From the sequence record NC_031245.1: a DNA stretch of 64,000 nt; one strand, written 5' to 3'. Below are positions 1 through 10,141 of this stretch, piece by piece. Positions within the stretch are counted from its first letter, which is position 1; each line of letters begins with the position of its first letter. Under the pieces are notes generated by a model. It was given only the letters and a program-made list of their open reading frames with translations, was not told where the DNA came from and ran no database searches. The position numbers were made by a program, and so were the translations under genes.

Positions 1-116
1 TAATCATAACACATAGCGAAAACTTGTCCATGCCGTATGATTCTCAAATTCTAGTTGAGAAAACTCACGAAGGATTCAGTCGGGTAGTTGAGAGCTACTA
101 AGGAGGAAGAAGTTAA

Positions 117-365
117 ATGGATTACTTCGAGTTAAATTTTAATGATTTTGATACAAATCGACTCGAGAGATTAATCAATCTTTATCTTAGAGAGAACTTT
201 AATTATCTAGAAGGAATCACAATTGATGAGAATGTAGGGGAAGATCATCAATTTGGAGTACATTTAGTAAGACCTATCGAAGTAGCATCTCGTTACATAT
301 TCGAGGAAAGACTTCAGGATTACTTACTAGAGTCCATTAGAAATCAGGGTACTGGGCTACTCTAA
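117..365 (+). CDS. hypothetical protein
   Basis: ORF track; AAGGAGG RBS upstream. Confidence 0.8.
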   Translation: MDYFELNFNDFDTNRLERLINLYLRENFNYLEGITIDENVGEDHQFGVHLVRPIEVASRYIFEERLQDYLLESIRNQGTGLL

Positions 366-380
366 GGGGGTAGGAAGTAC

Positions 381-1058
381 ATGGCTGGAGTTTACGAATT
401 GGAAGCTAAGGTAAAAGCAATATACAATAAGGATCCTGACAATCCAGATCCTGATTTGTACTTAGCTATCCGAAATCTAGCTGAGAAGATTCTGGTAGTG
501 AAACACATTGCTGGAAATCGTGAAGAAGTAGAGTCCATATCGCATAACCTAGCTGCTGATCTTTATATGAGCATAGCCTCAGGAAAGCTCAGGGTTAGTA
601 GTTGGACTAAATACGTGTGGTTACGACTCTACAAATATAGAGAATTATATCTGAAGGAAAAGGGTAAACAGTTCTTCAAGGCTAAGGACTGGGCTCAGGT
701 CGATACATTGAAGAACTTGCATAGCGGTTCTAAGCATTACTTCAATAGTATGGCAGATATTGAGTATGAGGATCTTATCGATAGGATACCTCAAGTGTTC
801 AAAGAGAAATATGAGGAATTTAGTAGATATACTCCACAGCATTGTGACTATGAAAATATCTTACTTTCAGTTGTACTAACTATTGTCAGAGGGGATTTGA
901 CTTTGTACAACGTTCCATCACATAGCTCAGGTTACGTGAGAATGATGAGTAGAGTTATTATTCAAGAATGCTATAAGTATATCAAAAAGTACTCAGGTGG
1001 CGATAACACCAAGGTTCATGAATTTACTAGTTACTTCGAGGTGGTATATAATGACTAA
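381..1058 (+). CDS. hypothetical protein, possibly divergent sigma-like transcription factor
   Basis: ORF with RBS; HNLAADLYMSI..SSWTKYVWLRLYKY loosely resembles sigma region 2; function weakly supported. Confidence 0.5.
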   Translation: MAGVYELEAKVKAIYNKDPDNPDPDLYLAIRNLAEKILVVKHIAGNREEVESISHNLAADLYMSIASGKLRVSSWTKYVWLRLYKYRELYLKEKGKQFFKAKDWAQVDTLKNLHSGSKHYFNSMADIEYEDLIDRIPQVFKEKYEEFSRYTPQHCDYENILLSVVLTIVRGDLTLYNVPSHSSGYVRMMSRVIIQECYKYIKKYSGGDNTKVHEFTSYFEVVYND

Positions 1059-1470
1059 TCAATCCGCTGTAACACCTGATGACTTGCTGAATCAAATGTC
1101 AGAAACTAATGACTTGTATTTCGTATCGATGATGCTATTATATCTTCAAAAGGAAGATAGTCGCTACAGTACATTGTCAGAGTTGTCTTTCATACTTGAT
1201 CAGTCAAGTTTCTTGAACCTGATTTGGTTCTATGAAGGTCAGACGATTAAGATTCCTACTAAGAAAGAGTTGAGTGAGTCACTTCGTCTAATTCTATGTT
1301 ACTATTATTATGATGTTCAGAAGTTGCCATGGGAGGAAGTATTCCATAAGATCGGACTGGAGTATGATGTTAAGACTTCTAGGCACCTGAAAGCTAAGAT
1401 GTCATGGTTCAGAAAAAATCTCAAAAACATTAAACTACCTAAAAGCTTGAAGCCTGAGACTGAACAGTAA
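1051..1470 (+). CDS. putative Mor-like transcription regulator
   Basis: ATG 1051 after GAGGTGG; FLNLIWFYEGQTIKIP resembles the Mor-family L..FGG..IYIP motif. Confidence 0.45.
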   Translation: MTNQSAVTPDDLLNQMSETNDLYFVSMMLLYLQKEDSRYSTLSELSFILDQSSFLNLIWFYEGQTIKIPTKKELSESLRLILCYYYYDVQKLPWEEVFHKIGLEYDVKTSRHLKAKMSWFRKNLKNIKLPKSLKPETEQ

Positions 1471-1586
1471 TTGATAATACAAAAAGAGGGCAAAATTAAA
1501 TCTAAAATACATCAAGGGTACGCATCTGAGTAGATAAATATAACAAGCTAAGACGTACATCTAGAGAAACTAATGGGGGAATTTAA

Positions 1587-2159
1587 ATGATCATCAAAGT
1601 ATTCGGAATTGGAAATCATTCTACAGGATTTGACTCTAAGCAACCACCTATGATGGGGATCATAAATCGTGCTTATTGTTCTAGCGGAACTAGTAAAAAG
1701 TCTAAGTCATGGGGTAATGGGTTCATCTCATTCTCACCTGGTATCAAGTTATATTCAGCACCTGAGTCTGGAGAAACAATTAAAGCTTCTAAGCTAACTA
1801 AGACAATCTCTCCTCTAGTTAAAGGACTAGAGTTCGAAGGAGAATTCAGAACTACTGAAAGTCAGCAAGAGTTCTTAGCTATCTTCCGTCGCTCTATCGA
1901 AGAGCCAACTCATTACTTGATTACAGTGAAATCTAAAATCCGTGAAGGTGACGGTCAAACAGAAATAGAAAGACTGTTACCAGATAGTCAAGGTAAGATA
2001 GTCTCTAAAGCAGAAAGTATTAGCAAATCTGGATCTACTCATTCTTATGAAGCAGTGGTACTTTTTGAGAAAGGTCAGATCGTGCGTACTAACAAAGCTA
2101 CTTATCAAGTAGTTGATCAAAAGTTAGTCCGTACAGGAGTTGCTAAGTCGAATGAGTAA
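1587..2159 (+). CDS. hypothetical protein
   Basis: ORF track; GGGGGA RBS. Confidence 0.8.
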   Translation: MIIKVFGIGNHSTGFDSKQPPMMGIINRAYCSSGTSKKSKSWGNGFISFSPGIKLYSAPESGETIKASKLTKTISPLVKGLEFEGEFRTTESQQEFLAIFRRSIEEPTHYLITVKSKIREGDGQTEIERLLPDSQGKIVSKAESISKSGSTHSYEAVVLFEKGQIVRTNKATYQVVDQKLVRTGVAKSNE

Positions 2160-2466
2160 TATCGAAAGCTTAGCGATCGATCTACTGAAGCAGCTTGACT
2201 GTCCCTACGACACTGATGGGACTTTAAAAACTAGGAAAGCTAACATGCTTAGAGTACAAGCGTGTATGAGAGTCAGCCATGGCATCGAGTCGAGCAATAG
2301 CGAACTTGAAGGGGTAATCAATCAACTCGAATCCGATTCAGTCGATATGGGAGTTAAAGGACTACGACAGTATGTAAAGACAATGCATAGCTCAGTAGTT
2401 GCTAATATGAACCTCCATAGTAAATTGATTTACAAGATGGTCATGGAAGACAATAAAAGGAGATAG
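2152..2466 (+). CDS. hypothetical protein
   Basis: ORF track; ATG 2152 overlaps upstream stop. Confidence 0.75.
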   Translation: MSNIESLAIDLLKQLDCPYDTDGTLKTRKANMLRVQACMRVSHGIESSNSELEGVINQLESDSVDMGVKGLRQYVKTMHSSVVANMNLHSKLIYKMVMEDNKRR

Positions 2467-2482
2467 GTCAAATAAGGGAGTC

Positions 2483-2520
2483 AAGGGGAGTCAATTAAAT
2501 TGACTTCCTTATTTTAATTT
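2483..2520 (+). terminator. intrinsic terminator
   Basis: GGGAGTCAAT/ATTGACTTCC stem followed by TTATTTT. Confidence 0.7.
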
Positions 2521-2525
2521 AATCC

Positions 2526-2554
2526 GCTTGATTAGGTTTCCCTAGACGTCTATA
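2526..2554 (+). promoter_or_regulatory. phage-specific bipartite promoter motif
   Basis: GCTTGATT-N10-AGACGTCTATA upstream of ligase. Confidence 0.8.
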
Positions 2555-2588
2555 TCTTTGAAGGAAGTTGAAACTAGGGGGTATTAAT

Positions 2589-4448
2589 TTGAGTAACACT
2601 CAAGTATTAGAGTCCAAAATCAAAGAATTGTCTCAAGCCTATTACGGAGGTCAGTCAGTAGTTACCGATGAAACTTTCGATGCATTAGTTGATGAATTGC
2701 GTAAAATTGATCCAGGTAATCCTGTACTTACACAAGTAGGTTGGGGATTTGATGTATCCAAGTCCAACCTAACTAAAGTCACTCATACATACGGTAAGGT
2801 AGGGTCACTCGATAAAGTCAAATCTGTTAGAGGTGTAGTCAAGAATCTTGGTGAAAAGAACTTGATCGGTACTCCTAAGCTAGATGGCTTAACTGTAGTG
2901 GCTTATTATACCAATGGGATTTTTACTCGAGGAGTTACTCGTGGTGACGGAACGACTGGTCAAGACGTTACATACAAAATTAAGGATAAAGTTCCAGCAG
3001 TCATAGGAGAGTTTACTGGAGCGATACGTGGCGAGTTCATCTTACCTCTAACTAATTGGAAGAAGTTCTATCCAGATGCTCCAAGTCCACGTAATACAGC
3101 TTCAGGAGTTATCAATCGTAAGTCGGTTAGTGACGAGGAACTTAGCAGATTCGAATACATCGTCTATCAAGTAGTCGGAGGTAATATAGCATTCGACGAG
3201 AAAGATGATATGTTGTTCTGGTTGAAGGATGCTGGATTCAAAGTAGTCCCATTTGGAGTTTATCCTTCATTGAAATGTGAACCTGAATACATGAAATCAG
3301 AGATCGATAGAATGTCTAAAGAGCTTGACTTACCTCTTGATGGTATGGTGTTGGAGGACAATCTGCTAGTAACTGAAAATGGTAATGGTCGAGTAATTGC
3401 TGACCAAGTAGCTTATAAAGTTCAAAACGATACAGCAGTCGCTAGGATCAAGTCCATTAAGTGGTCACTAACTCGTACAGGAAAGTATACTCCAGTAGCA
3501 ATTCTTGAACCGACCGAGTTATCTGGAGCAACAATTCGTCGAGCTTCTGTGTACAATGCTGAATACGTTGAGAAACATAAACTCGGAGCAGGTGCTCTAG
3601 TAACCATAGTTCGTTCAGGAGAAATTATCCCAGTTGTTTTAGATGTAATCGAACCTAGTGATGAAGCACTTCCTACCCACACGGAGGATGGTGAACCATT
3701 GGTACGTGAAGGTACGGATTTGAAGCTTGCATCCGAATCCAGTAACCACTTGACTCGAGCTCGTCTGATACATTGGATTGAACGTATAGGAGCTACAGAT
3801 GGTATCGGAGGTAAGGTATTAGATAAGGTTCTCGAAGAATTAGGTATCGATAAAATCCAAGATATCTACACTAAAGATTACGACGTAAATTCTCTGCACG
3901 GACTTAATGGTTTCGGTGAATCAACAACTGGTAAGGTTCATGAAATGTTTAGTAAGTTGAAATCCCCAATAACTCCTAAGAGATTCCTAATTGCCTTAGG
4001 ACTTCCTTCACTAGCTGGTAGTTCGGCAGAGAAGTTGATAGCTTCCGTAGGTCTTGATGGAATACTCGAAGGTAAGGTTACTTCTTCCACAAAGATCAAG
4101 GGAGTTAACAAGAATGCAATAGGTGGTATCGTTAGTAACATTGACCTAATCAAAGAAATTGCTAGTCTGGTCAAGTTCAAAGAAGTTGATCCAGCACCTA
4201 CGACTTCTCAGGAAGTTCGATTCAAGGTAGCATTAACTGGTAAGTTGAACAATGGTCGCAAACGATCTGAACTCGAGAAATTACTTAAAGAGAACGGAAT
4301 AGGAACTGGTGATGTTAAATCAGGTACTAAGTATCTGATAACCAACAATCCTGATCCAACTTCGAGTAAGGGTAAGAAAGCTAAGAAGGAAGGCATCGAA
4401 ATTATTACGGAGGATGCATTCCTAGCGAAGTATAACTTGAGCTACTAA
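2589..4448 (+). CDS. ligA: NAD-dependent DNA ligase
   Basis: KLDG adenylation motif, TRGDGTTGQDVT, OB-fold TRTGKYTP..LSGATIRRAS, HhH repeats, C-terminal BRCT; TTG 2589 after GGGGG RBS (track start 2568). Confidence 0.95.
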   Translation: MSNTQVLESKIKELSQAYYGGQSVVTDETFDALVDELRKIDPGNPVLTQVGWGFDVSKSNLTKVTHTYGKVGSLDKVKSVRGVVKNLGEKNLIGTPKLDGLTVVAYYTNGIFTRGVTRGDGTTGQDVTYKIKDKVPAVIGEFTGAIRGEFILPLTNWKKFYPDAPSPRNTASGVINRKSVSDEELSRFEYIVYQVVGGNIAFDEKDDMLFWLKDAGFKVVPFGVYPSLKCEPEYMKSEIDRMSKELDLPLDGMVLEDNLLVTENGNGRVIADQVAYKVQNDTAVARIKSIKWSLTRTGKYTPVAILEPTELSGATIRRASVYNAEYVEKHKLGAGALVTIVRSGEIIPVVLDVIEPSDEALPTHTEDGEPLVREGTDLKLASESSNHLTRARLIHWIERIGATDGIGGKVLDKVLEELGIDKIQDIYTKDYDVNSLHGLNGFGESTTGKVHEMFSKLKSPITPKRFLIALGLPSLAGSSAEKLIASVGLDGILEGKVTSSTKIKGVNKNAIGGIVSNIDLIKEIASLVKFKEVDPAPTTSQEVRFKVALTGKLNNGRKRSELEKLLKENGIGTGDVKSGTKYLITNNPDPTSSKGKKAKKEGIEIITEDAFLAKYNLSY

Positions 4449-4456
4449 GGTAATGC

Positions 4457-4485
4457 GGCATCTACATTAGTAGATGCCTTTATTT
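4457..4485 (+). terminator. intrinsic terminator
   Basis: GGCATCTAC-ATTA-GTAGATGCC then TTTATTT. Confidence 0.75.
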
Positions 4486-4506
4486 GTATTTACAGGAGGA
4501 GACATC

Positions 4507-4863
4507 ATGAAGGGAACTATCAATTTCAGTCATACTGTAGATAGAAAGTCAGAGTGTCAACCAATTCTAGAATTCTCAGGTAAGTCCTCGGTGATAGAAA
4601 TCGATCCGACAGTTAAATCCAGGATCAAGTTTTATAATTCTATCAATGCCTATGATAAGCTATTTGATGTCTTGAGACAAGCATTCGAAAGTACTGTAGT
4701 TGAGAATGAATTGGACAAACTACTGGATGGTTATGACGCATATCGTAAAGGAGGAGAACTTATAGTCAAGTGTACATGTAAGCATCCTACTACTTGCCTA
4801 GGTCGAGTTCTTCATGATATGCTAATTAAACACGAAATAATTAATCTTCAGTGGTATAAGTGA
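4507..4863 (+). CDS. hypothetical protein (C-terminal CxC..C motif, DUF4326-like?)
   Basis: ATG 4507 after AGGAGGAG; LIVKCTCKHPTTCLGRVL. Confidence 0.6.
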   Translation: MKGTINFSHTVDRKSECQPILEFSGKSSVIEIDPTVKSRIKFYNSINAYDKLFDVLRQAFESTVVENELDKLLDGYDAYRKGGELIVKCTCKHPTTCLGRVLHDMLIKHEIINLQWYK

Positions 4864-4892
4864 GCTCTATTCAGGTAACCTAAACGTCTATA
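4864..4892 (+). promoter_or_regulatory. phage-specific bipartite promoter motif
   Basis: GCTCTATT-N10-AAACGTCTATA upstream of ssb-ugd-galU-GT-DGC operon. Confidence 0.8.
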
Positions 4893-4941
4893 TCTGTGGA
4901 GAACTGTTTAACCTTGATAATACTAAGAGGAGGGACTACCT

Positions 4942-5355
4942 ATGTTTAATGTAACAATTATTATAGGTCGGTTGACTAAGAATCCAAGTTATAAGTACTT
5001 TGAGAAAAGTAAAAGTCATCGTTGTACTTTCAAGGTAGCTGTACCTAAAGGATGGTTTAGTTCTGAAGCTGACTTTATTCCTATAGTTGTATGGGGTAAA
5101 GATGCTGTCAAGTGTAGAGACAACTTATCGAAAGGTAATTGGATAGCTCTACAAGGTAAGTTGAGTAGTCGGAATTATAAGAATGCTCAAAATATGACAG
5201 TCTATGTAGTCGAAGTCGAAGCTAAAGAAGTATTCTTTATTGATCGTGGCAAGTCCAAGGATGATAAAGGTCCAGACTTAAGTCAGCTACCATTTGCTAA
5301 CTTAGATACTAGTCAATTCAAGTTCGCTCTTGAAGAATCCTCAGACACCGAGTAA
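4942..5355 (+). CDS. ssb: single-stranded DNA-binding protein
   Basis: NVTIIIGRLTKNP, ADFIPIVVWG, LQGKLSSRNY, acidic tail. Confidence 0.92.
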   Translation: MFNVTIIIGRLTKNPSYKYFEKSKSHRCTFKVAVPKGWFSSEADFIPIVVWGKDAVKCRDNLSKGNWIALQGKLSSRNYKNAQNMTVYVVEVEAKEVFFIDRGKSKDDKGPDLSQLPFANLDTSQFKFALEESSDTE

Positions 5356-5378
5356 TTACATCATGAGGAGTGGAACTT

Positions 5379-6689
5379 ATGGATTTAGCTATAATCGGAA
5401 CAGGATTTGTTGGATTGACCTCAGCAGTAGTGTATGCTAGTAAAGGTCATAATGTTATAGGAGTAGATGTAGATCGATTTAAGGTCGACAACCTTAATCA
5501 AGGGATCTGCCTTATTCATGAGGATCAAGTTGGAACATTATTGTATGACGGACTGGAAAAAGGTAATTTAAGTTTTACTACAGACTTAGGAAAAGCTATC
5601 AATAGTTCAGATATCGTAATTATTACAGTAGGTACTCCACCTAGAAAGAACGGTAGTTCTGACCTATCATACTTATTCAAAGCTGTAGACGACGTAGCCA
5701 GTCTAGCTAAGAAGGACTTGATCCTCGTGATTAAGAGTACAGTACCAGTAGGTACTTGTAGAGAAGTAATGTCAATCGTCAAGAAGAGTCCACATAACAT
5801 CGAAGTGGTATCTAATCCAGAATTCTTGGCTGAAGGTACTGCTGTCGCAGATACCTTATCAATGAGTCGACTAGTCGTGGGGTCAGATAGTGAACGAGCA
5901 ATACAAGTTATTCTCGATCTTCATAAAGGTATGACGGATAATTACGTAGTAACTGACCTCGAATCTGCTGAGTTAATCAAGCATGCATCTAATGCATTCC
6001 TAGCTACTAAAATATCATTTATGAATGGTATTGCTAAGCTATGTGAATTCTACGGAGGTAATGTTGACGAGGTAGCTCGTGGGATGGGAATGGATAGTCG
6101 AATCGGTAATCAATTCTTAAAAGCTGGATTAGGATTCGGAGGTTCATGTTTCCCTAAGGATGTATTATCTTTACGTAATATGTCAGATGGGGTTAGCAAT
6201 AACCTGTATACATTGCTATCAGGAGTACTCTCTATCAATAACGAAAACAAGTATGATATAGCATTTAAGCTCGAAGAACTAATGAATAGTCAAGTAGCTG
6301 GACGTAAGGTAGCAGTCCTAGGCTTGTCATTCAAACCGAATACCAATGATATTCGAGAAGCTCCATCCTTAATTATTATAAACAGTCTTTTGGCATTAGG
6401 TGCCGATGTCCATGTCTATGATCCAGCAGTAACTGAAACTGAAATTCGTGATGGCTTAATGGCTAGTGGATACAGAGATCACATTAAATATAGATCTTCG
6501 ATCACTGATGTCCTAGCTGGAGCTGAAGGTGCAGTAATAGTAACAGAGTGGGATCAAATTAAGGAATTAGGAGCTAAAGCTTTTGTCAAGTTGATGAAAA
6601 CTCCTAACGTAGCTGATGGTCGTGGGGTACTCGATCCTAAAGAAGCTAGAGAACAAGGGATCAATCTTTACTCTATAGGTAGAAATTAA
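5379..6689 (+). CDS. ugd: UDP-glucose 6-dehydrogenase
   Basis: GTGFVG Rossmann motif, SNPEFLAEG, IKHASNAFLATKISF, catalytic GFGGSCFPKD, LGLSFKPNTNDIREAP; ATG 5379 fits GAGGAG RBS. Confidence 0.96.
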   Translation: MDLAIIGTGFVGLTSAVVYASKGHNVIGVDVDRFKVDNLNQGICLIHEDQVGTLLYDGLEKGNLSFTTDLGKAINSSDIVIITVGTPPRKNGSSDLSYLFKAVDDVASLAKKDLILVIKSTVPVGTCREVMSIVKKSPHNIEVVSNPEFLAEGTAVADTLSMSRLVVGSDSERAIQVILDLHKGMTDNYVVTDLESAELIKHASNAFLATKISFMNGIAKLCEFYGGNVDEVARGMGMDSRIGNQFLKAGLGFGGSCFPKDVLSLRNMSDGVSNNLYTLLSGVLSINNENKYDIAFKLEELMNSQVAGRKVAVLGLSFKPNTNDIREAPSLIIINSLLALGADVHVYDPAVTETEIRDGLMASGYRDHIKYRSSITDVLAGAEGAVIVTEWDQIKELGAKAFVKLMKTPNVADGRGVLDPKEAREQGINLYSIGRN

Positions 6690-6810
6690 TTAACTAATAC
6701 CAACTTTATAGGGTAATTCATGAGTACTGAACTATCACTTCAGGCTTTATAATTACCAGAAATTACAAGAACTGGTCAACATAAACATTAGGGGGATACA
6801 TCATAAGACA

Positions 6811-7503
6811 ATGGCAACTAGATACTGTAAAAGATGCAACAAAGAGTTAAAACCTACCCAAAAGAAGTACTGCAGTAACTCGTGCAGTGCTAAGGATCGA
6901 GTTATAAGTAAAGAAACTCGTGAGAAAATGAATCAATCAAAAAGAGGTAAGAAGGCTAGTGCTGAAACTCGTGCCAAAATGAGTAGATCTAGAAAAGGTA
7001 AGCCTAAGAGTGATAAACATAAAGCTAGTATAGCTGAAGCTCTTAAAGGTAATACTAACGGTACTGGCAAGAAGGGTATCAAGTTAAGTAAAGAGTCCAG
7101 GTTGCGGATTAGTAAAGCTATCAGCGGAGAAAATCATCCTATGTATGGTAAGTCTCTTAAAGAATCTACCAAGAAGAAATTGAGTGAGGCTAATAGAAGA
7201 AGAGAGAATGATATTGACTTCTACTTCAAGACACTGTTTACAAGTCCATATACTCCTCAGTATCGAATTGATGCACTTAAACACTATGGTCATGTATGTG
7301 AGAATTGCGGAGTGACAGACGTTATCCTAGAGGTTCATCATTTGGATCATGATAGAAGTAATAACGATATCAGTAATCTCTGCGTATTGTGCAGGATATG
7401 TCATCATAAAATTGCACATAAATACGGTAAAATCAAGATTAACACTCAATTTATCAGTCGCATAATTAATAAAAGGGGAGAGATAAACCATGCAAGTACG
7501 TAA
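6811..7503 (+). CDS. free-standing HNH homing endonuclease with NUMOD3-type repeats
   Basis: N-terminal CxxC..YCSxxC, basic repeats (SAETRAKMS, ENHPMYGKS), HNH core CENC..EVHHLDHDRSNNDISNLCVLCRICH. Confidence 0.9.
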   Translation: MATRYCKRCNKELKPTQKKYCSNSCSAKDRVISKETREKMNQSKRGKKASAETRAKMSRSRKGKPKSDKHKASIAEALKGNTNGTGKKGIKLSKESRLRISKAISGENHPMYGKSLKESTKKKLSEANRRRENDIDFYFKTLFTSPYTPQYRIDALKHYGHVCENCGVTDVILEVHHLDHDRSNNDISNLCVLCRICHHKIAHKYGKIKINTQFISRIINKRGEINHAST

Positions 7504-8374
7504 AGCTATTATTCCAGCAGCTGGATTAGGTACTAGATTCCTTCCAGCTACAAAAGCTCAGCCTAAAGAAATGTTATCCTTGATCGATCGACCTGTTATT
7601 GAATATATAGTTAGGGAAATTGTTGAGTCTGGTATCACTGAAATCCTGATAATCACTGGACGTGACAAACGTTCCATTGAGAATCACTTCGACTCTAGTC
7701 CTGAATTAGAGCGTACATTAGAAGAACGAGGTAAACTGGAATTAGTCGAGGAGTTGCGTAAGATTTCAAGTATGGCTAAAATCTATTATACTCGTCAGAA
7801 AGAAGCTCTAGGATTAGGTCATGCAGTCCTTCAAGCTAAAGAGTTTGTCGGTAACGAACCATTTGCAGTATTACTCGGTGATGATATTATGCATTGTAAT
7901 GGTACTCCTTGTTTGAAGCAAATGCTGGATAGATTCGAATTGTTCGAGAATCCAATAATCGCTGCAGAAGAAGTGCCTGATCATATGGTATCTAGCTATG
8001 GTATATTTGCAACTGATGGTGATCCATTGCACGGAGCTCATCAAGTAGTCGATATGGTGGAAAAACCTTCACTGGAGGAAGCTCCATCCAATCTAGCAGT
8101 AATGGGTAGATACATTTTGACTCCAGATATCTTTCCTATATTGGAAACTATCCCTACTGGAGCAGGTGGAGAAATTCAACTAACTGATGCTATTAAAGAG
8201 TTGATACATTTCCGAGAAGTCTATGCTTACAAGTTTGAAGGTAAAAGATACGATGCTGGTAACAAAGTTGAATTTATCAAAGCTAGTATTGAACTAGGGC
8301 TAGAACGGAATGATATTGCTCCACTCCTAAAAGAGTATATCATTGAGTTAGGACTTAAATTATCTAAGGAGTGA
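7490..8374 (+). CDS. galU: UTP--glucose-1-phosphate uridylyltransferase
   Basis: KAIIPAAGLGTRFLPATKAQPKEML, EALGLGHAV, VEKP, GEIQLTDA. Confidence 0.97.
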   Translation: MQVRKAIIPAAGLGTRFLPATKAQPKEMLSLIDRPVIEYIVREIVESGITEILIITGRDKRSIENHFDSSPELERTLEERGKLELVEELRKISSMAKIYYTRQKEALGLGHAVLQAKEFVGNEPFAVLLGDDIMHCNGTPCLKQMLDRFELFENPIIAAEEVPDHMVSSYGIFATDGDPLHGAHQVVDMVEKPSLEEAPSNLAVMGRYILTPDIFPILETIPTGAGGEIQLTDAIKELIHFREVYAYKFEGKRYDAGNKVEFIKASIELGLERNDIAPLLKEYIIELGLKLSKE

Positions 8375-8378
8375 ATTT

Positions 8379-9563
8379 ATGAGGATATTGGTCACTATGC
8401 CAACCACTCATCATATGATTCCTACGCATCCTAGAGGTGGATTTGAAATTTCAGTAGCTCAAAGTGCTATTGCATTAAAAGAACTTGGACATGAAGTGAC
8501 GATTCTAGTTAACAAAGAAGGGTCGTTCACTCCTCCAGGGATAAAGCATTTGCAGTTCGGGAGGTCAATTAGAATACCTCCTAAGATATTCAAAGAGAAA
8601 TTCCTGGAGGACTACGATGTCATAGTTCATCATGCAGGAGTTCCTACGTACGAGAAAGACTCGTACCTCAAGTGGATCAATGACAAGAATCACCGACCTA
8701 AGAAACCATTCATCATAGTCTTTCATGATCCTCATATGTTAAGAGGGGATTCAAGTAAACCAAATAGTATGGAGAACTTTGACTCACCTCTTAATGAATT
8801 CAGACATATGGCTAACAGAGGATTAATAGTTGGAGGAGTAAGTAAGTCGCATACACAATGGATGGCTCAGTCCAAAGAATTAGGTTCAAATATGATGTAC
8901 CTCTATAATCCTACACTGGATTATGGATGGTCGGATCGAATAGTGACTAAACCTCGTCGTCTCATCATCGTTAGTCGGTATGCTACGTACAAGAACCTTA
9001 AAGTTTCAGTTAAAGCTGCAGGTGAGAGTGGTATACCAACTGACGTAATTATTAGTGGTATCTACGAGTCAGATAACGAATACCGTAATACTCCAGATAG
9101 AGAAGAGTCAACTAAGTCCTTCGAACTAAAGGTATTACCGTTATTTCGTAAGTATCCTAACTTGACATTGTATACTAATAAAACTAATCAATTTGTAATC
9201 GATAAGATGAAACATGCTGATTTGATGATATCTGCAAGTACAGGCGAATCCTTCGGTAGAATTTATGCCGAATCACTGTCAGTAGGTACTCCTCTACTAG
9301 TACCTGATTTCGAGATTAGTCGGGAGATCATCCGAGATTGTGGTGAATACTTTACATTCAGTGGTTCACGCAAATCAATGGTGAAAGAAATCCTGACCAA
9401 AATTGAATCAGCTTCATCTATCCCTAGAGACCGATGTCGTGAGTTATGGCACAACAATTATTCTCCAGTAAAAGTCGGACTAGCCTATGAAGAAGTAATA
9501 AATGCTTCAATCAATAATTGGGATAAAGGAGGAGTACTCCATGACATTTATAGTAACGTTTAG
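8379..9563 (+). CDS. GT4-like glycosyltransferase (GT-B fold)
   Basis: GGFE..LKELGHEVTIL N-terminus; ESFGRIYAESLSVGTP (EX7E motif). Confidence 0.88.
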   Translation: MRILVTMPTTHHMIPTHPRGGFEISVAQSAIALKELGHEVTILVNKEGSFTPPGIKHLQFGRSIRIPPKIFKEKFLEDYDVIVHHAGVPTYEKDSYLKWINDKNHRPKKPFIIVFHDPHMLRGDSSKPNSMENFDSPLNEFRHMANRGLIVGGVSKSHTQWMAQSKELGSNMMYLYNPTLDYGWSDRIVTKPRRLIIVSRYATYKNLKVSVKAAGESGIPTDVIISGIYESDNEYRNTPDREESTKSFELKVLPLFRKYPNLTLYTNKTNQFVIDKMKHADLMISASTGESFGRIYAESLSVGTPLLVPDFEISREIIRDCGEYFTFSGSRKSMVKEILTKIESASSIPRDRCRELWHNNYSPVKVGLAYEEVINASINNWDKGGVLHDIYSNV

Positions 9564-10092
9564 TTTGCTCATTCTTATCGTAGTTACACTTTATCTTCTA
9601 AGCAAGAATCGTAAATTGAATCAAATGGTATCACTGGATCATTTGACTAACACCTATAACAGACGATACCTCAATAAGTATAGAAAATATAAGGATCAAC
9701 TTCTCAGCGTACTCGTAATCGATATAGATCATTTCAAGTCGGTCAATGATACCTATGGTCATCCTGCTGGAGATCAGATACTATCTGAACTGGCTGGATT
9801 GTTGAAGAGAATAGTGAGAGAAGAGGACTCAGTAGTTCGAATAGGTGGCGAAGAATTCTTGGTGATTCTTAAGAATACCCCTATCGACATTGCTGAGTCC
9901 CTTGCCGTCCAAATTCTACACGCTATCGGTAACCATAGATTCACTTATAACGACAAAGAGATTAGGATTACTGTTAGTATAGGTGTATCAGAGTCCTACA
10001 CTGATATCGATAGAGCAATCAGTGAAGCAGACCTCAATCTGTACCACGCTAAAGAGTCTGGTAGAAATCAAATCAGAGTACACTGTAATTGA
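9541..10092 (+). CDS. membrane-anchored diguanylate cyclase (GGDEF domain)
   Basis: N-terminal TM helix; DHLTNTYNRR, DIDHFKSVNDTYGHPAGD, RxxD I-site (REED), GGEEF, LYHAKESGRN; ATG 9541 after AAGGAGGAG. Confidence 0.95.
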   Translation: MTFIVTFSLLILIVVTLYLLSKNRKLNQMVSLDHLTNTYNRRYLNKYRKYKDQLLSVLVIDIDHFKSVNDTYGHPAGDQILSELAGLLKRIVREEDSVVRIGGEEFLVILKNTPIDIAESLAVQILHAIGNHRFTYNDKEIRITVSIGVSESYTDIDRAISEADLNLYHAKESGRNQIRVHCN

Positions 10093-10110
10093 AGTTCTCA
10101 AACGTCTATA
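10082..10110 (+). promoter_or_regulatory. phage-specific bipartite promoter motif
   Basis: ACTGTAAT-N10-AAACGTCTATA-CTTG-TGAAG. Confidence 0.75.
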
Positions 10111-10141
10111 CTTGTGAAGACATCGAAGGAGGATTACTAAT

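Noticed and set aside
1551-1561. Promoter variant AGACGTACATC
   Set aside because: Core is degenerate and there is no GCT box at the conserved distance.
6689-7503. Group I intron around the HNH gene
   Set aside because: The flanking ugd and galU are each complete, so no exon is split; the endonuclease is free-standing.
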